Of a stretch of DNA of 64,000 bases, positions 47,171-57,874 are shown piece after piece. How positions within the stretch are numbered: position 1 is the first letter of the stretch; every line of letters starts with the position of its first letter. Source of the stretch: Candidatus Latescibacterota bacterium (GTDB lineage Bacteria; Latescibacterota; UBA2968; GCA-2709665); the NCBI GenBank assembly GCA_965219455.1, contig OZ244744.1, forward strand, positions 1,632,001 to 1,696,000. Reading direction: 5' to 3'. The notes below the pieces were generated by a model. It was given only the letters and a program-made list of their open reading frames with translations, did not search any database and was not told the origin of the DNA. Position numbers and translations under genes: made by a program.

Positions 47171-48208
47171 CTACCCGGCTGGACCCATGTCCCGAAGGCT
47201 CTCGAGATCGGATACAGCTGCACCCAGGAACTCAGGCGTCCTGGGGTGGAGAAGACGGCCGCAGTCCCAGAAAAACCGGATCCCGCGGATACTCTTGACA
47301 ATTGCCAGCAGCTTATTCTCCTCTGCCGACAGCGACGCGACCGGTTTTTCGATGGCCGCCTGGTAGGAAGATCGAAACGCGTCAACATATCCAGGTTCAT
47401 AGTAATCCGAACCCGGTCTGGCCACGGCTTCGCCTTCCGACTGCCGCAGGTCGTGTACCGCCGTTCCGCAGCCGGCCGATTGGAAGTCATGGACGTTGGA
47501 GATTCGCAGGGATTTGCCGTTCTCCACGAGTACGTTGTGGAGTCCCGGTTCTCCCCACAGGAAGACGTTGCCGCCGCTTATCCTGACTTCGGGCGCCGGG
47601 TCCATGGCTGCCTGCAGCCTGTGCCACAGTTCAGGCAGGGTTGCCGCAAGGGAAGAAGCCAACACCGCGTCCCCAAATATCGCGTCTCGAACCGTCCCCT
47701 CCCAACATTCCAGGTCCCTCGTATTCTCCGACTGAAGCGCTTCCGGACATCGCTGACTGTGCGCGTGTGCCAGGGTCTCGCCCAGCAGGGAACCCAACTG
47801 CAGTCGCTGCGCCCGGGATGCGCCCCTGTAATAGCTGTCGCCCGTCTCGCCCGGTTCGCACGGGATCAACAGACATTCAAACGGAAGCGGTTCCCCGCCG
47901 CCGTCGTACCCCAGGGACTTGGACACGGGAACACCGGCGACGGTTTGCAGCGCACGTGTGGCGATGAACTCGGCCTTCAGACTGAAGCCGCGGGTTCGCC
48001 GGAATTGCATCTTGAGAAATACGCGACCGTGGGCGAGGGTCTCTACCTGAAAAATCTGGTTTGTGAAATTGCCATCCAGCCGTTCAATGGACCGGGACAA
48101 ACTGAAACCGTGTTTCTCGAGGAGCGCATCAATCTGTACACGCGATACTTCCGGCTTATCGTGGAATAAAGCCCGGATATCCTTCATGCCGGCGATTTCC
48201 GATAACAT
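47171..48208 (-). CDS. Aminoglycoside phosphotransferase / choline kinase-like protein with degenerate catalytic loop
   Basis: GNFTNQIF, VFLK, LGETLAHAH, WGEPGLHNVLV (HGD replaced by WGE), HDFQ. Confidence 0.7.
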   Translation of the reverse strand: MLSEIAGMKDIRALFHDKPEVSRVQIDALLEKHGFSLSRSIERLDGNFTNQIFQVETLAHGRVFLKMQFRRTRGFSLKAEFIATRALQTVAGVPVSKSLGYDGGGEPLPFECLLIPCEPGETGDSYYRGASRAQRLQLGSLLGETLAHAHSQRCPEALQSENTRDLECWEGTVRDAIFGDAVLASSLAATLPELWHRLQAAMDPAPEVRISGGNVFLWGEPGLHNVLVENGKSLRISNVHDFQSAGCGTAVHDLRQSEGEAVARPGSDYYEPGYVDAFRSSYQAAIEKPVASLSAEENKLLAIVKSIRGIRFFWDCGRLLHPRTPEFLGAAVSDLESLRDMGPAG

Positions 48209-48936
48209 TATGTATCCCGCCGCATAAGGCTATAACTCTGTGCGGTGGGCCCGATATCGGGTTGCGTCGCCAGAAAAAGCGCCATGGGTACGACGTCTTC
48301 AGGAGACTTCATCCACTCGCTCTCGATCTCCAGTACCGCGTCCATTTCGGTCCGTACCGGCCCGGGGATGAGTTCGTTTACGCTGATGTTGTGCTGCCAG
48401 AGTTCCTGTGCGAGAACACGCGTCAACATCCAGAGACCGGCTTTTGAACAACAATAGGCCGAACTTCCCGCGAATCCCCTGTGGCCCATGCCGGAACCGA
48501 TGGTGATTATCTTGCCACCGCCGCGCTTTTTCATGGCCGGAATCGCCGCCCTGGCGCAATAGTACGCGCCGATCAGATTGGTGCGTATCGTTTCCTCCCA
48601 GGCTGCAGGTTCGCCGCCCTCAACGGCGCCGTGATCGAGATTCACCCCCGCATTGAGGACTGCGATGTCAATTCCGCCGAGTTCCGCTTCCGCAAAATCG
48701 AAAAGCCCCTGCACCGCCCCCTGTTGCCTTACGTCCGCTTGAATCGCGACCGCAGTCCCGCCCTCCCCTCGAATCTCCCGCACGGTTTCCTGGATTTCGG
48801 TTTCGGTCCGAGCCGCGCAACAGATCGATGCGCCCGCCCGGGCGTAGCCCAGTGCGATGGCCCGACCGATGCCGCGCCCGGCGCCCGTGACAACCGCTAC
48901 TTTGCCTGCAAGCGTTTTGTCCATCGGTTCAGTCAT
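48208..48936 (-). CDS. SDR-family oxidoreductase
   Basis: TGAGRGIG, LNAG, YCCSK (YxxxK), PGPVRT. Confidence 0.93.
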   Translation of the reverse strand: MTEPMDKTLAGKVAVVTGAGRGIGRAIALGYARAGASICCAARTETEIQETVREIRGEGGTAVAIQADVRQQGAVQGLFDFAEAELGGIDIAVLNAGVNLDHGAVEGGEPAAWEETIRTNLIGAYYCARAAIPAMKKRGGGKIITIGSGMGHRGFAGSSAYCCSKAGLWMLTRVLAQELWQHNISVNELIPGPVRTEMDAVLEIESEWMKSPEDVVPMALFLATQPDIGPTAQSYSLMRRDT

Positions 48937-49071
48937 AGATTAGCGTCCTCTCTGGCGTTTTCCGAAGCCGCTTCGTCGACCCTTCGACATTTCGACAAGC
49001 TCAGGACAGGGCTCAGAGAGCGGCTCGTGGCGTGTATCAGGGCGCCGGCTCGGTACCGAGCGGAACCCGGT

Positions 49072-49620
49072 TCACGTCCGATTTCTTCTTGCCTCCCATT
49101 CGCTTCGCAACAGACCGCACCACACCGTGTTCCTGAATTTACCTCTCACATACTGATCCTGGCGCAGCACGCCTTCACGGACCATTCCGAGCTTCTCCAT
49201 GACCCGCAGAGAACCTGCATTTCTCTCATCGGCAGAAGCTTGAATGCGGTTCAAATCGGGATAGGTGGAAAACGACTCGTCGATCACGGCGCCAACGGCT
49301 TCCGTGGCCAACCCCTTTCCCCAATGGCGCCTGGCAACGCTATAACCTAATGTGCCGACGTGATTCTCAAAGTCAAACCGGATATTGGTTCCGCCGATAG
49401 CGGATCCGACGTGTTCAATCGCCCACGGCACGCGTTTCTTGGGATCTTGCAACAGTAGTCCCGCCAGGAAATTCTCGGCGTCGGCTCTCGTGTACGGCTG
49501 AGGAACCGGAAGGTATCGCGCCCAATCCGCATCGGATGCGTACGCCAGGACATCTTCAACATCCTTCAGGCTGTACGGCCTGAGTATCAATCGGTCTGTT
49601 TCGATAAGTTCCGGCAGCAT
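49072..49620 (-). CDS. GNAT N-acetyltransferase (RimJ/RimL type)
   Basis: IETDRLILR, LGY..ARRHWGKGLATEA, N.GS.RVMEKLGM..EG. Confidence 0.92.
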   Translation of the reverse strand: MLPELIETDRLILRPYSLKDVEDVLAYASDADWARYLPVPQPYTRADAENFLAGLLLQDPKKRVPWAIEHVGSAIGGTNIRFDFENHVGTLGYSVARRHWGKGLATEAVGAVIDESFSTYPDLNRIQASADERNAGSLRVMEKLGMVREGVLRQDQYVRGKFRNTVWCGLLRSEWEARRNRT

Positions 49621-49888
49621 TTCGAGATCCTTCGTTTATGCCCTAAAGTCCCGCCGGCTTGCAAAGGTTCACCCTTCGCTCGACCTACGGCCTCACTTTC
49701 GGCGCTTACACTGGGTTATTATACCTGCATATACAAATTCATGTTGAACGGAAAGTCTATGTCATATCATTTCAGAGGAAGTATTGCGATTCAGCTATCT
49801 TAACTTATCCTTGCCGCGTATACGTAACTACGATATATTAATTTTGACGCGCACGCTCAACAGCCCCAATCGGAAAGGGAATATCGGA

Positions 49889-50452
49889 ATGGCAGAGGTG
49901 ATTACATTTCCTGAAACAAAGGCTTTGGAAGACAAATTGCCTATAAATATCACCGCAGTAGATGAAATTTGTGACTCTTATAAAGTGCAAAACGAAAAGA
50001 CTCAATATGTCAGAGCCGGTGTCAAACGCCTTTGCGAAGATATGCAGGAAATAAATAATGACATGGTCGAAATCCTGCGTTCCAAGTATGCTTTTTTTGC
50101 AGGAACTTTAGAAATAGTCGACATAGATTCTCTTGACGAAGATTCTTTCAATAGAATTGCGACTTATTTGGAATTTACTGAAAAAAGAGAAACAGACTAT
50201 GTTGATTGGAAGAATAGGATAAGATCTGCAATAATGAAAATGAGGGCATGTAGAAAGAGATTTCCTGGAGCGGCAATAGAAATACGCAAATTCACAAAAA
50301 TTGCAAACAAGACAATGAAAAACATGGATCACATCTTAAGTGTTTTAAGGGAAAGTCATTGGCGAATGAGCATTATCTATAACACACGACGAACTCATTC
50401 CCCGAAAATTCATAATTCAGCAAATGAAGCCTTAAAGGCATTGTGGGAATAA
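49889..50452 (+). CDS. AT-rich hypothetical helical protein; putative antitoxin
   Basis: 187 aa; ends HNSANEALKALWE; 11 bp upstream of a RelE-like gene. Confidence 0.6.
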   Translation: MAEVITFPETKALEDKLPINITAVDEICDSYKVQNEKTQYVRAGVKRLCEDMQEINNDMVEILRSKYAFFAGTLEIVDIDSLDEDSFNRIATYLEFTEKRETDYVDWKNRIRSAIMKMRACRKRFPGAAIEIRKFTKIANKTMKNMDHILSVLRESHWRMSIIYNTRRTHSPKIHNSANEALKALWE

Positions 50453-50696
50453 AGATATCGGGAATGAAACTCCCTCCAGTAAAATACTTTGAGGATCCAG
50501 ACAGTCGTTCAAAAATAAGAAAACAATTCAAAAAACTCCCTCCACAAATACAAGAAGAAGTGCGCAGGATTTATCTTGAGGTAGAAAAAGGACATTTACC
50601 GAGAGGAAGAAGGCTTAAAAAGATAGATTTTTTTTATCAAGTTCGATTGAATAAGAATTTCAGGATGGCTTTCTCGATACTTAATGAGACGTTTAG

Positions 50697-52584
50697 ACCT
50701 AAAATAAGCGAGTATTGGTGTTTGGTGAACAGAATTGCAGATTTGTGCGACGTTGTGGTTGAATGACGTATGTGTGTTGTCTATTGAGGTGCGCGGGAGG
50801 TCGTTTTGAGGTTTGTGGAGTGTAAGTTGGTGTGGTAAAGCGCAGCGTTAGGGGTGTGTTGTTGGTGTCTGGTTGTGGTGTAGGCGTATTTGTCCGTTAC
50901 GTCGCCGTGGGCGTCGTGGATCCCGTGGTATGTGATGACGGTTCGTGCGGGTGTCATGTGAAGCCGGTGCGTTCGATGGTAGCCCAGGCGCTCAAGAGTC
51001 TATTCAGTGACGGCTGATAGCCGATGATGCGCACGGTGGTGCTTCGGGCGTGTCGCACGACACGACAGGGAAAAAGGATGATGTGTGAGAGGAAGGTCCG
51101 GAAGTCCATACGGATATAGTGTCGGCGGTGTTTTTTTCGATGCATCATCAAGGCAAACCACGCCTTGATGTTCCAGGCCAGCGCGGCGATGACCATGTAG
51201 GCCCAGTTGCTGATCAAGTCATACAAGGGCACGCGCAGGGCATTGACGCCGTTCTTGAGCTGTTCGATGACGTTTTCCTGGTCGCATCGTTTGTTGGCAG
51301 CAAAGACGACCTCGGCGGGCGTCAGGTCGTCGCGCGTGGTGATGTAGAAGAAATAGCGGATTTCGTCGAAGAGGGTCTGCTCACCTTTGGCCTTACTGAT
51401 GTTTTTTCGCAGCGCCACAACGCGGTAGGGGCGTTTGCACTTGCCGGGCTGGTAGTCAAACTCGGCCACGTCTTCGAAGTTCAGCGCCAGCTTGAGGTAG
51501 CCCCGCGCCTTGACGATACGCTGCTTCTCATTGTCGCGCCGCTGCCTTTTCTGGGGCGCGTGAGGTCGGTGCAGGCGCTGCCAGTTGGCTTCGTCAAGGG
51601 CCTTGGCCCGTGTTCGTAAGGCGTCATTGCAGTCCATCCCGAAGATGAAATCGACGTCCTTTGCCCAGCGATCGAGGTGAGCCGTAAGCGAAAAGTCCGT
51701 GTCGCCGCGTAGGCACACGCGCTTGGCGTGGGGCTTCACCACCCGGATGGACGCATCGATCCAGGGGGCGGCCCCCTGGTGAGAAGACGCGTTGCCCGGA
51801 CGGTTGACGATATACAGCACCTCTTTGGTATTGGCCAACGATACGATCAGGGGCGCATACCCCCACACGCCCTTGTAGGAGATGTCCATGCCGCCCTTCT
51901 TCTCCCCATACGTTGGGGCGCTTGTGCCATCCACGTCGATGTACGCTACCGAAGAAAGCAAACTGGCGGCCCGCGTGCGCCACAACTTAGACCGTACCGC
52001 GTTAATGCAGTCCATCAGCCCGATCACGTCAGCTTCCGTGAAGCGACGCGTAAAGTCGCCCGCAGTCGTCGGGTCCGGGATCAGCTTCGCGTTCAACGCA
52101 TTCATGTAGGCCTCGTCGTGCCGCAAACGCTCGATGTCTTCCAGACGCGTGCCACCGCACATCACGTTGTAGGCAAGGTTCAACACGTGATCCGACTCAT
52201 GATACGGCAGATGAACCTTCAACAACTTCAACTTCTCGTCTATCTCTTCGACCAATCCCAATTTGGTCACCAGACGATGCACGGCCGCAATGCCACCGCA
52301 GCTCATCGCTGCTGCTTGCGCGCTGACCTCGTAATGCACATAGGTGCTGCCAAACATCGGCTTGCCTTGTGCACAAAAACGACCGCCAAGCTTTTGCCGA
52401 GTACGTACCTTGCGCCCACAATTAACACTGTTCCTGCGGCTTTCTTTTACCGATATTCTCTTCACCGGAAAGACCCCCTTCGTTGGTGTATCAACAGACT
52501 GTCTGATACTTCTAACTCCAACTAAGATAAGTCTTTCCGGTACTTTTGTACATAAAAATCTCAAAAAACCCGCTTAATTAGAGT
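50697..52584 (-). mobile_element. IS1380-family element, type A' (divergent relative, 1888 bp)
   Basis: Ends ACCTAAAATAAGCG / CGCTTAATTAGAGT; TTAG duplication at 50693-50696 / 52585-52588. Confidence 0.88.
50954..52564 (-). CDS. IS1380-family transposase
   Basis: 536 aa; same motifs as 10215-11843 (IDVDGT, RGDTDF, RCDQENVIEQLK). Confidence 0.9.
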   Translation of the reverse strand: MRFLCTKVPERLILVGVRSIRQSVDTPTKGVFPVKRISVKESRRNSVNCGRKVRTRQKLGGRFCAQGKPMFGSTYVHYEVSAQAAAMSCGGIAAVHRLVTKLGLVEEIDEKLKLLKVHLPYHESDHVLNLAYNVMCGGTRLEDIERLRHDEAYMNALNAKLIPDPTTAGDFTRRFTEADVIGLMDCINAVRSKLWRTRAASLLSSVAYIDVDGTSAPTYGEKKGGMDISYKGVWGYAPLIVSLANTKEVLYIVNRPGNASSHQGAAPWIDASIRVVKPHAKRVCLRGDTDFSLTAHLDRWAKDVDFIFGMDCNDALRTRAKALDEANWQRLHRPHAPQKRQRRDNEKQRIVKARGYLKLALNFEDVAEFDYQPGKCKRPYRVVALRKNISKAKGEQTLFDEIRYFFYITTRDDLTPAEVVFAANKRCDQENVIEQLKNGVNALRVPLYDLISNWAYMVIAALAWNIKAWFALMMHRKKHRRHYIRMDFRTFLSHIILFPCRVVRHARSTTVRIIGYQPSLNRLLSAWATIERTGFT

Positions 52585-52913
52585 TTAGACCCCTTCACAT
52601 GGGTCCACATAGTTCTATGGATACGTATATTGGACTGATATTGAAGCTTGGCGGAAAATGGAAAAGGCAGACGAAGAAAAACAAGCTTAATTCTACTTGA
52701 CTTTCGGCGAAAACACGCCATCGTTGAATAGACCCCACATTCCTTCATACAAAGGAATTGTGGGGCTGTTTTTTTCTACGGAATGTAACAACAAAAACGA
52801 GCCAACTGATGTCGTTTCGATTGCCCACCCAAACGTTGGGGAGGATTTCCAATCACGCGCGGCGACGCTGGTTCTCGGTGAATTGTGGGGAGATACCGGA
52901 AATGTCAAACCCA

Positions 52914-53777
52914 TCACTCAGCAAACTGGGCTTCAATAGCGCTGACCAGATCGGGCACGTGCTCGTCAAAGCCATGATTCAGCGCAAAGAAGAGGACGAA
53001 AAAGGGCTTTCGCTTCGACTCGTAATCCACCCTCGTCCAGAAATCGTCACCCATGGGCAACCGGTAGTTTTCAGCCATTTCTTCGGCGAAGGGCTTCCCG
53101 AACCTGCGGTAGAACGTTGCGAAATCAGCCGCAGGATCGCTCAGGCTGATGTCGCCGAATTCAATCACCCCGGCAATTTCCGATCGGGCCGCGTCGAGAA
53201 GTACGTTATTGGTACCAAAGTCCGAATGAGCGACGGTGTTCCGGTATGCGGCGGACGCGACTCTCGACAATGCTCTATCGAAGTAGCATTCAGCTTTCTT
53301 ACGGGTATGACCTTGGAGACGCGGTGAAACGGCCGGCCACAACTCCCGCCAGAAATCGCCGCCGCCGAATGGAGCGGCATTGAGATCCCAGTGTTCAAAT
53401 GCAACGGCGTGGAGACAGGACAGGAAATTTCCCAATGCTGCTGCCAGGTTCGATCTCTCACCCGTGCCCAGACTCCTGAATATCGCCTCGGAAAACTTGA
53501 CACCCTCGATCTTTTCGTAGGCGATGAAGTTGCCGCCCGAATACCGAATTTCCGGGATCGGAAGAGGTGAATGCCTCTTGAACTACGGTAGAAAAGCCTG
53601 TTCAACGGCAAGCTGCGTATTCGAAGGGTCCCGAACGAAACGAAATATCCACTTCCCGTTTACCTCCAAGACGACATTCGTCCAGCCGCCATCCTCCCGC
53701 ACCAGCGATGCGACCGGCTCATTCAGAATGTTCCGGACGATCGATTCGTAGGTAACCGTCGGAATGGGTGTTTCCAA
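52914..53777 (-). pseudogene. APH-family phosphotransferase with one in-frame TAG
   Basis: GWTNVVLEVNGKWIFRF...AFLP*FKRHSPLPIPE...HSDFGTNNVL..IEFGD; both ORFs share a frame, stop at 53583-53585. Confidence 0.8.
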
Positions 53778-55639
53778 ATATCGATGTGGTAGACACCATT
53801 GTTCAGGCGGCTGTTGTCGATCGAATTTTCGGACCCGGAAATTCGAAAGTCACGAGGCAGATGCTATTGCTCCTCATTGAGGTATTGATTGAACCAGTTG
53901 AGCACGCTCTTGTAATAATCCCTGGTATCCTCAGCCGACCCCTCTTTCAAATGATGGCCTTCGCACTTATATTCTCGCATTTCCACTCGTTTGCCGAGTC
54001 GCCTGAGACCGAGGAATGTCTCCCTTGCATTCACCGATCCCCGCACATCGTGGCTTCCACATACAACCAACACCGGCGCTTCAACCTGGTCGAAAGCAAA
54101 GAGCGGCGAGTTCTTGATATAGGCATCTCGTTTTTCCCAGAGACTTCCGCCATTTCGCGCCTGCGGGCCCTCGCACCACTCCATTCCATTTACATCTACA
54201 AGGTAAGTGCTGGTCATGTTGATTCCGAACGGCGCGCTGGCAACCGCGGCGCGGAAAGCCTTTGTGAGCGTAACCAATGCCATGACGCCATAACCACCAT
54301 AGCTGTGTCCACAGACACCGATTCGATTGTTGTCGGCAATACCCATTTCTATGGCGCGATTAACTGCAGGTAGTGTTACCCGTACGATTTGATCAATTGG
54401 GTTGTTGTCCTCCATAATCGAGTCCGGATATAGTGCAGCATAACCGGCGCTGGTGAGTAACTGCGCTTCCGAGAGATACCTATTGCTGTTTGAAAAATCG
54501 TTCCCAGGATAGATAGTTACAACCATGGGCAGACTGCCCTCCGCCAGAGCGTTATTGGGAAGGAAAAGCGCTGCCTCCTGCACACGACCATTCGCATCCT
54601 TGAACTCTATGGTTTTGCGCACCGGTTGAGCCACATCGCGACGCCAGGGATTGGTCTCAAGTAGTGTCGTTGTCTCTCCACAGTCGAGAGCGTACGCATT
54701 TACCGCTTCTCCGCCAGGAGCGAAAACGGTACGTTCGGATGCGACCAGAGTGAACTCATCAGGGCTTGAAAGTTGCGCGGGACAAACCCTGGTCATCTCG
54801 CCTGAAACAGAGTGGATGCGGACGATGTATTTCAAGTTTTCGCGTGTGTCAGTCGCATGGGCAAGAATATTGCCCCGATCATCCGTATGAAGTACTGATT
54901 CTCCGTACCGTTGTGCAATCGCATTTATCCTCAGATGATTGCCAGTCGAATCTTGGGAGAGTTGGCGGTTACGACCGTCCTCAATGGACAGGTGATACAA
55001 ACTTCCTTTTTGGAGCCATACAAGGCGCCTGCCATCATCGGTCCACCACGGCATTTGACGGTTACCCCAGTACGAAGTGAATTTTGTCGCCATTGCAGGC
55101 TCAGTTGATCCGTCCGCAGGTGCGAGGTAGAGGTATAGAGGTTCTCCCTGGTTTCCACCGGTGACATAGGAAATCGTCTGGCAATCGGGCGACCACGAGA
55201 AACGGCAAGCATAAGTGTTGACCGGTACGTTCCGTGCGACCGTGTAAGGCTCGCGACCATCAAACGGGACGACATTCACATCGGCAATCAGGTGAGGGCG
55301 ATCCACGGGAGATGAAATTTGATTGAGAAACGCGACGGCTTGCCCATCAGGAGCCATACGCAGGATTCCGGGCCTGAGACCGGGCGCAAACTCAGTGACA
55401 ATGCCTGAGTTTACCTCCAAAACACCGACACACTTATCAATATCGGAATGTTCAAGGAACGAGCTATACTGATCTGAGGCTGGGCCATCCGGAGTGTAAG
55501 ATCGCACAATGATGCCGCGGGTTTTAGTAGCGTCACGGGCATTCGGGACCAGCGGCACAATGATGCAGCGACCGTTGGGAGTCCATTGAGGAACGTCAAA
55601 GTTAAAAACCCAGGGAATCATAGCGTTGGATACAATTAA

Positions 55640-57192
55640 CCTCAATGTGAAATAAATCAGGCGGCTTTCTGGAGCGCGTTGCAGATTTTACGGTATTGTT
55701 TTTCGGTGTGCTTGTTGCGTTGGAGGCGCAGGGTTAGACGCCCTTCGGGTCGCACGAGGTGTCCGGCTCGGTTGATGAGCTCGAACCGGAGAGTACGTAT
55801 GGATTTGAGCGGCCATCGGTTGGTATTTTTCAAGGTGCGATTGCGTTTTGTGAGTCCGGTTTCGATTTGGAAGTTGACCAGGAGGTTGTGCGCGAGAATG
55901 ACGAACTGTTGCCAGGCACTATTGGCGTGGTAATGGTGCGTGGGGATGGTATCGAAGCTAAGTCCGGTCTTGAGTTCGCCAATGGCTTTTTCGTGGGCAC
56001 CACGGCCTGCCATGAAGCGCCAGAGCGCGCGCAACTTGAAGGGTAGATTGGTAGCCACCGCACTGTATTCGAAGGTGCCATCATCGGGATCGAACAGGTC
56101 CAACTGGTAGTTCTTTCGGGTTTGATGCATCACGCGTTTTCGAAAGATGGCAATGTTGAGGGTGCGTTTCCATTTTTTGACCGTCAGCGTTGACGTGAAG
56201 CCGTCGACGCCCTTCTCGATGCGCTGCCAGTTGCTGCATTGACGGATTTTGTGCTGTAAGTCCAGGCCTTTCCAGAAGGGTACCTTGATGGCATACGAGG
56301 CCTTGTTCTTGATGAGCGTGTTCACCACATCCTCTTTGAAAAAGGCGCCATCCATGCGGAATCGCAGAGTGTAGGCGTGTCCCAAGGTCTCTTTGATCTG
56401 GGAAAACACGTCCTTTAGAAACAGGATGGAGGCGCTGCCATCATTGACGTTGCCTGCCCGGTTGTGCACGCCCAGAAAATGACCACTGTCGGCCAGGTAG
56501 GCGGTGATCGGATAGTAACTGGGGACTTTGCGATGATGCGGATTATACCCGCGGCGGGCACCGCCGACGCGTTTTCCGGTGCACAAGACGGTGCCGTCCA
56601 CGTCGATCGTCAATTTTCGGGCGCGCAACAGGTTGATCTTATGGGCAACCACGTCGGCGTTGAGGGCTTTCAGGGCGTTGAGACCCTTGTCGGAAAACCG
56701 TCTCAGAAACGTACTCACGCTGCGGGGGGTCGGTAGATCCGTCAGACCGCAAAACCGCTGCAGCAGGGGATCTCCTTTCAAGAAATCCAGATGCCGCAAC
56801 CGACGGCCGCCTACCCACAGCAAACCCAACAGAACACGGCACAGGCTCACCACACCGAAATCGCCGCCAAAGCCCACACTGCCCAGGTGACGGCGCAACT
56901 GCCTGTTCCAATCCACGTTTCGCAAATATCGCATCAACAGTTCCAAACCCGCATACGAGGTGAGGCCTTCACCGGTGAATTCCATCTTCAAATTGTCGTT
57001 GACACGCGCGTGCAAATCCGCTTTCTTTCGTCTCACTGTACGTGGCCTTTCGTTTTGGGTTAAATGGGTCGTTTGTCGCTTCCCAATATACCAAAATGGA
57101 AGGCCTTTTCCTATTGAAAAATATAGACTTATTCGCATTCTCGCTTAGTCTTCAATACCCCGAAATTCATCAACATTATTTTCGCATTGAGG
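55640..57192 (-). mobile_element. IS1380-family element, type B copy 2 (1553 bp)
   Basis: Same TIRs as 19086-20638; TTAA duplication at 55636-55639 / 57193-57196. Confidence 0.92.
55657..57138 (-). CDS. IS1380-family transposase
   Basis: Identical protein to 19140-20621. Confidence 0.9.
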   Translation of the reverse strand: MRISLYFSIGKGLPFWYIGKRQTTHLTQNERPRTVRRKKADLHARVNDNLKMEFTGEGLTSYAGLELLMRYLRNVDWNRQLRRHLGSVGFGGDFGVVSLCRVLLGLLWVGGRRLRHLDFLKGDPLLQRFCGLTDLPTPRSVSTFLRRFSDKGLNALKALNADVVAHKINLLRARKLTIDVDGTVLCTGKRVGGARRGYNPHHRKVPSYYPITAYLADSGHFLGVHNRAGNVNDGSASILFLKDVFSQIKETLGHAYTLRFRMDGAFFKEDVVNTLIKNKASYAIKVPFWKGLDLQHKIRQCSNWQRIEKGVDGFTSTLTVKKWKRTLNIAIFRKRVMHQTRKNYQLDLFDPDDGTFEYSAVATNLPFKLRALWRFMAGRGAHEKAIGELKTGLSFDTIPTHHYHANSAWQQFVILAHNLLVNFQIETGLTKRNRTLKNTNRWPLKSIRTLRFELINRAGHLVRPEGRLTLRLQRNKHTEKQYRKICNALQKAA

Positions 57193-57874
57193 TTAACACT
57201 TCGCGTGTGTGTCTGTTCCATAATCCTACACAAGCGTGCGCATCCTGCGCTACGACGTATGCGGCAAGCGTTTGTCCGTCTGGCGATCGCCCTGCCCAGC
57301 TCATTTGCAGATCGGAAAACGGCTCCATGGACTCACCGGTTTCAACGTCTACCAGGACAATATATGCGCCGTTTGCTTGACTATTATTGGTTTCGTGTGT
57401 GACGCGACGCTTCCCCTGACTGAGTGTCACGGCGAGCAACCCGCCATCAGGCGAGATATCCCACGGGCAACGACGGGTAAACTGGTTGACGTTCAACAAG
57501 TCATCAACGGTGAATGGTCGTGACATACCTGTCTCCTTTGGTGTTTGCTGCTGTGGGTACCCGTTAAGGACGACCGATTGTTTGGGTTCTGATTTAACCA
57601 GATCATCCACTATGCCAGTGCATCTCTGAATATCGTCGAAGCAGCTCAGGGCAAGGTTAAGGACCTCAGGTTCAGGGAGCACCGTATGGTTTTCATTCTT
57701 CAGTGTAACAGACGAAAAGCTGGCAGCTATTCTCCGCTTCTGATAGTCATGTGCCAATTATCTCACTCCATATTGGTACGCAGGGCAAGAGCGGCAGACA
57801 GGAATGTCTGCCCCACCTTCACACACGATTCTTCGATGTCTGGAAAAGCCACTATGGTGGATGATGGTATCGCG

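Larger units (their letters stand above)
50464..52700 (+). pseudogene. RelE/ParE-like toxin interrupted by IS1380
   Basis: KQFKKLPPQIQ...LKKID.FYQVRLNKNFRMAF...ETF|RPLHMGPH; rejoins in frame after removing the IS. Confidence 0.7.
53864..57526 (-). pseudogene. S9 (prolyl oligopeptidase / acylaminoacyl peptidase-like) protein split by IS1380
   Basis: Beta-propeller SPDG repeats, GHSYGG, GSHD, EGHH; removing the IS rejoins REVL|IVSNAM in frame; RBS AAGGAG before ATG 57526. Confidence 0.88.

Noticed and set aside
36338-53585. In-frame TGA (36338) and TAG (53583) as selenocysteine/pyrrolysine or an alternative genetic code
   Set aside because: TGA and TAG terminate many intact genes here, the 36230 gene also has a TAA, and the positions are not catalytic.
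57530-57757. N-terminal extension of the S9 peptidase ORF (start 57757)
   Set aside because: A strong RBS precedes ATG 57526; the upstream frame has no recognisable homology.
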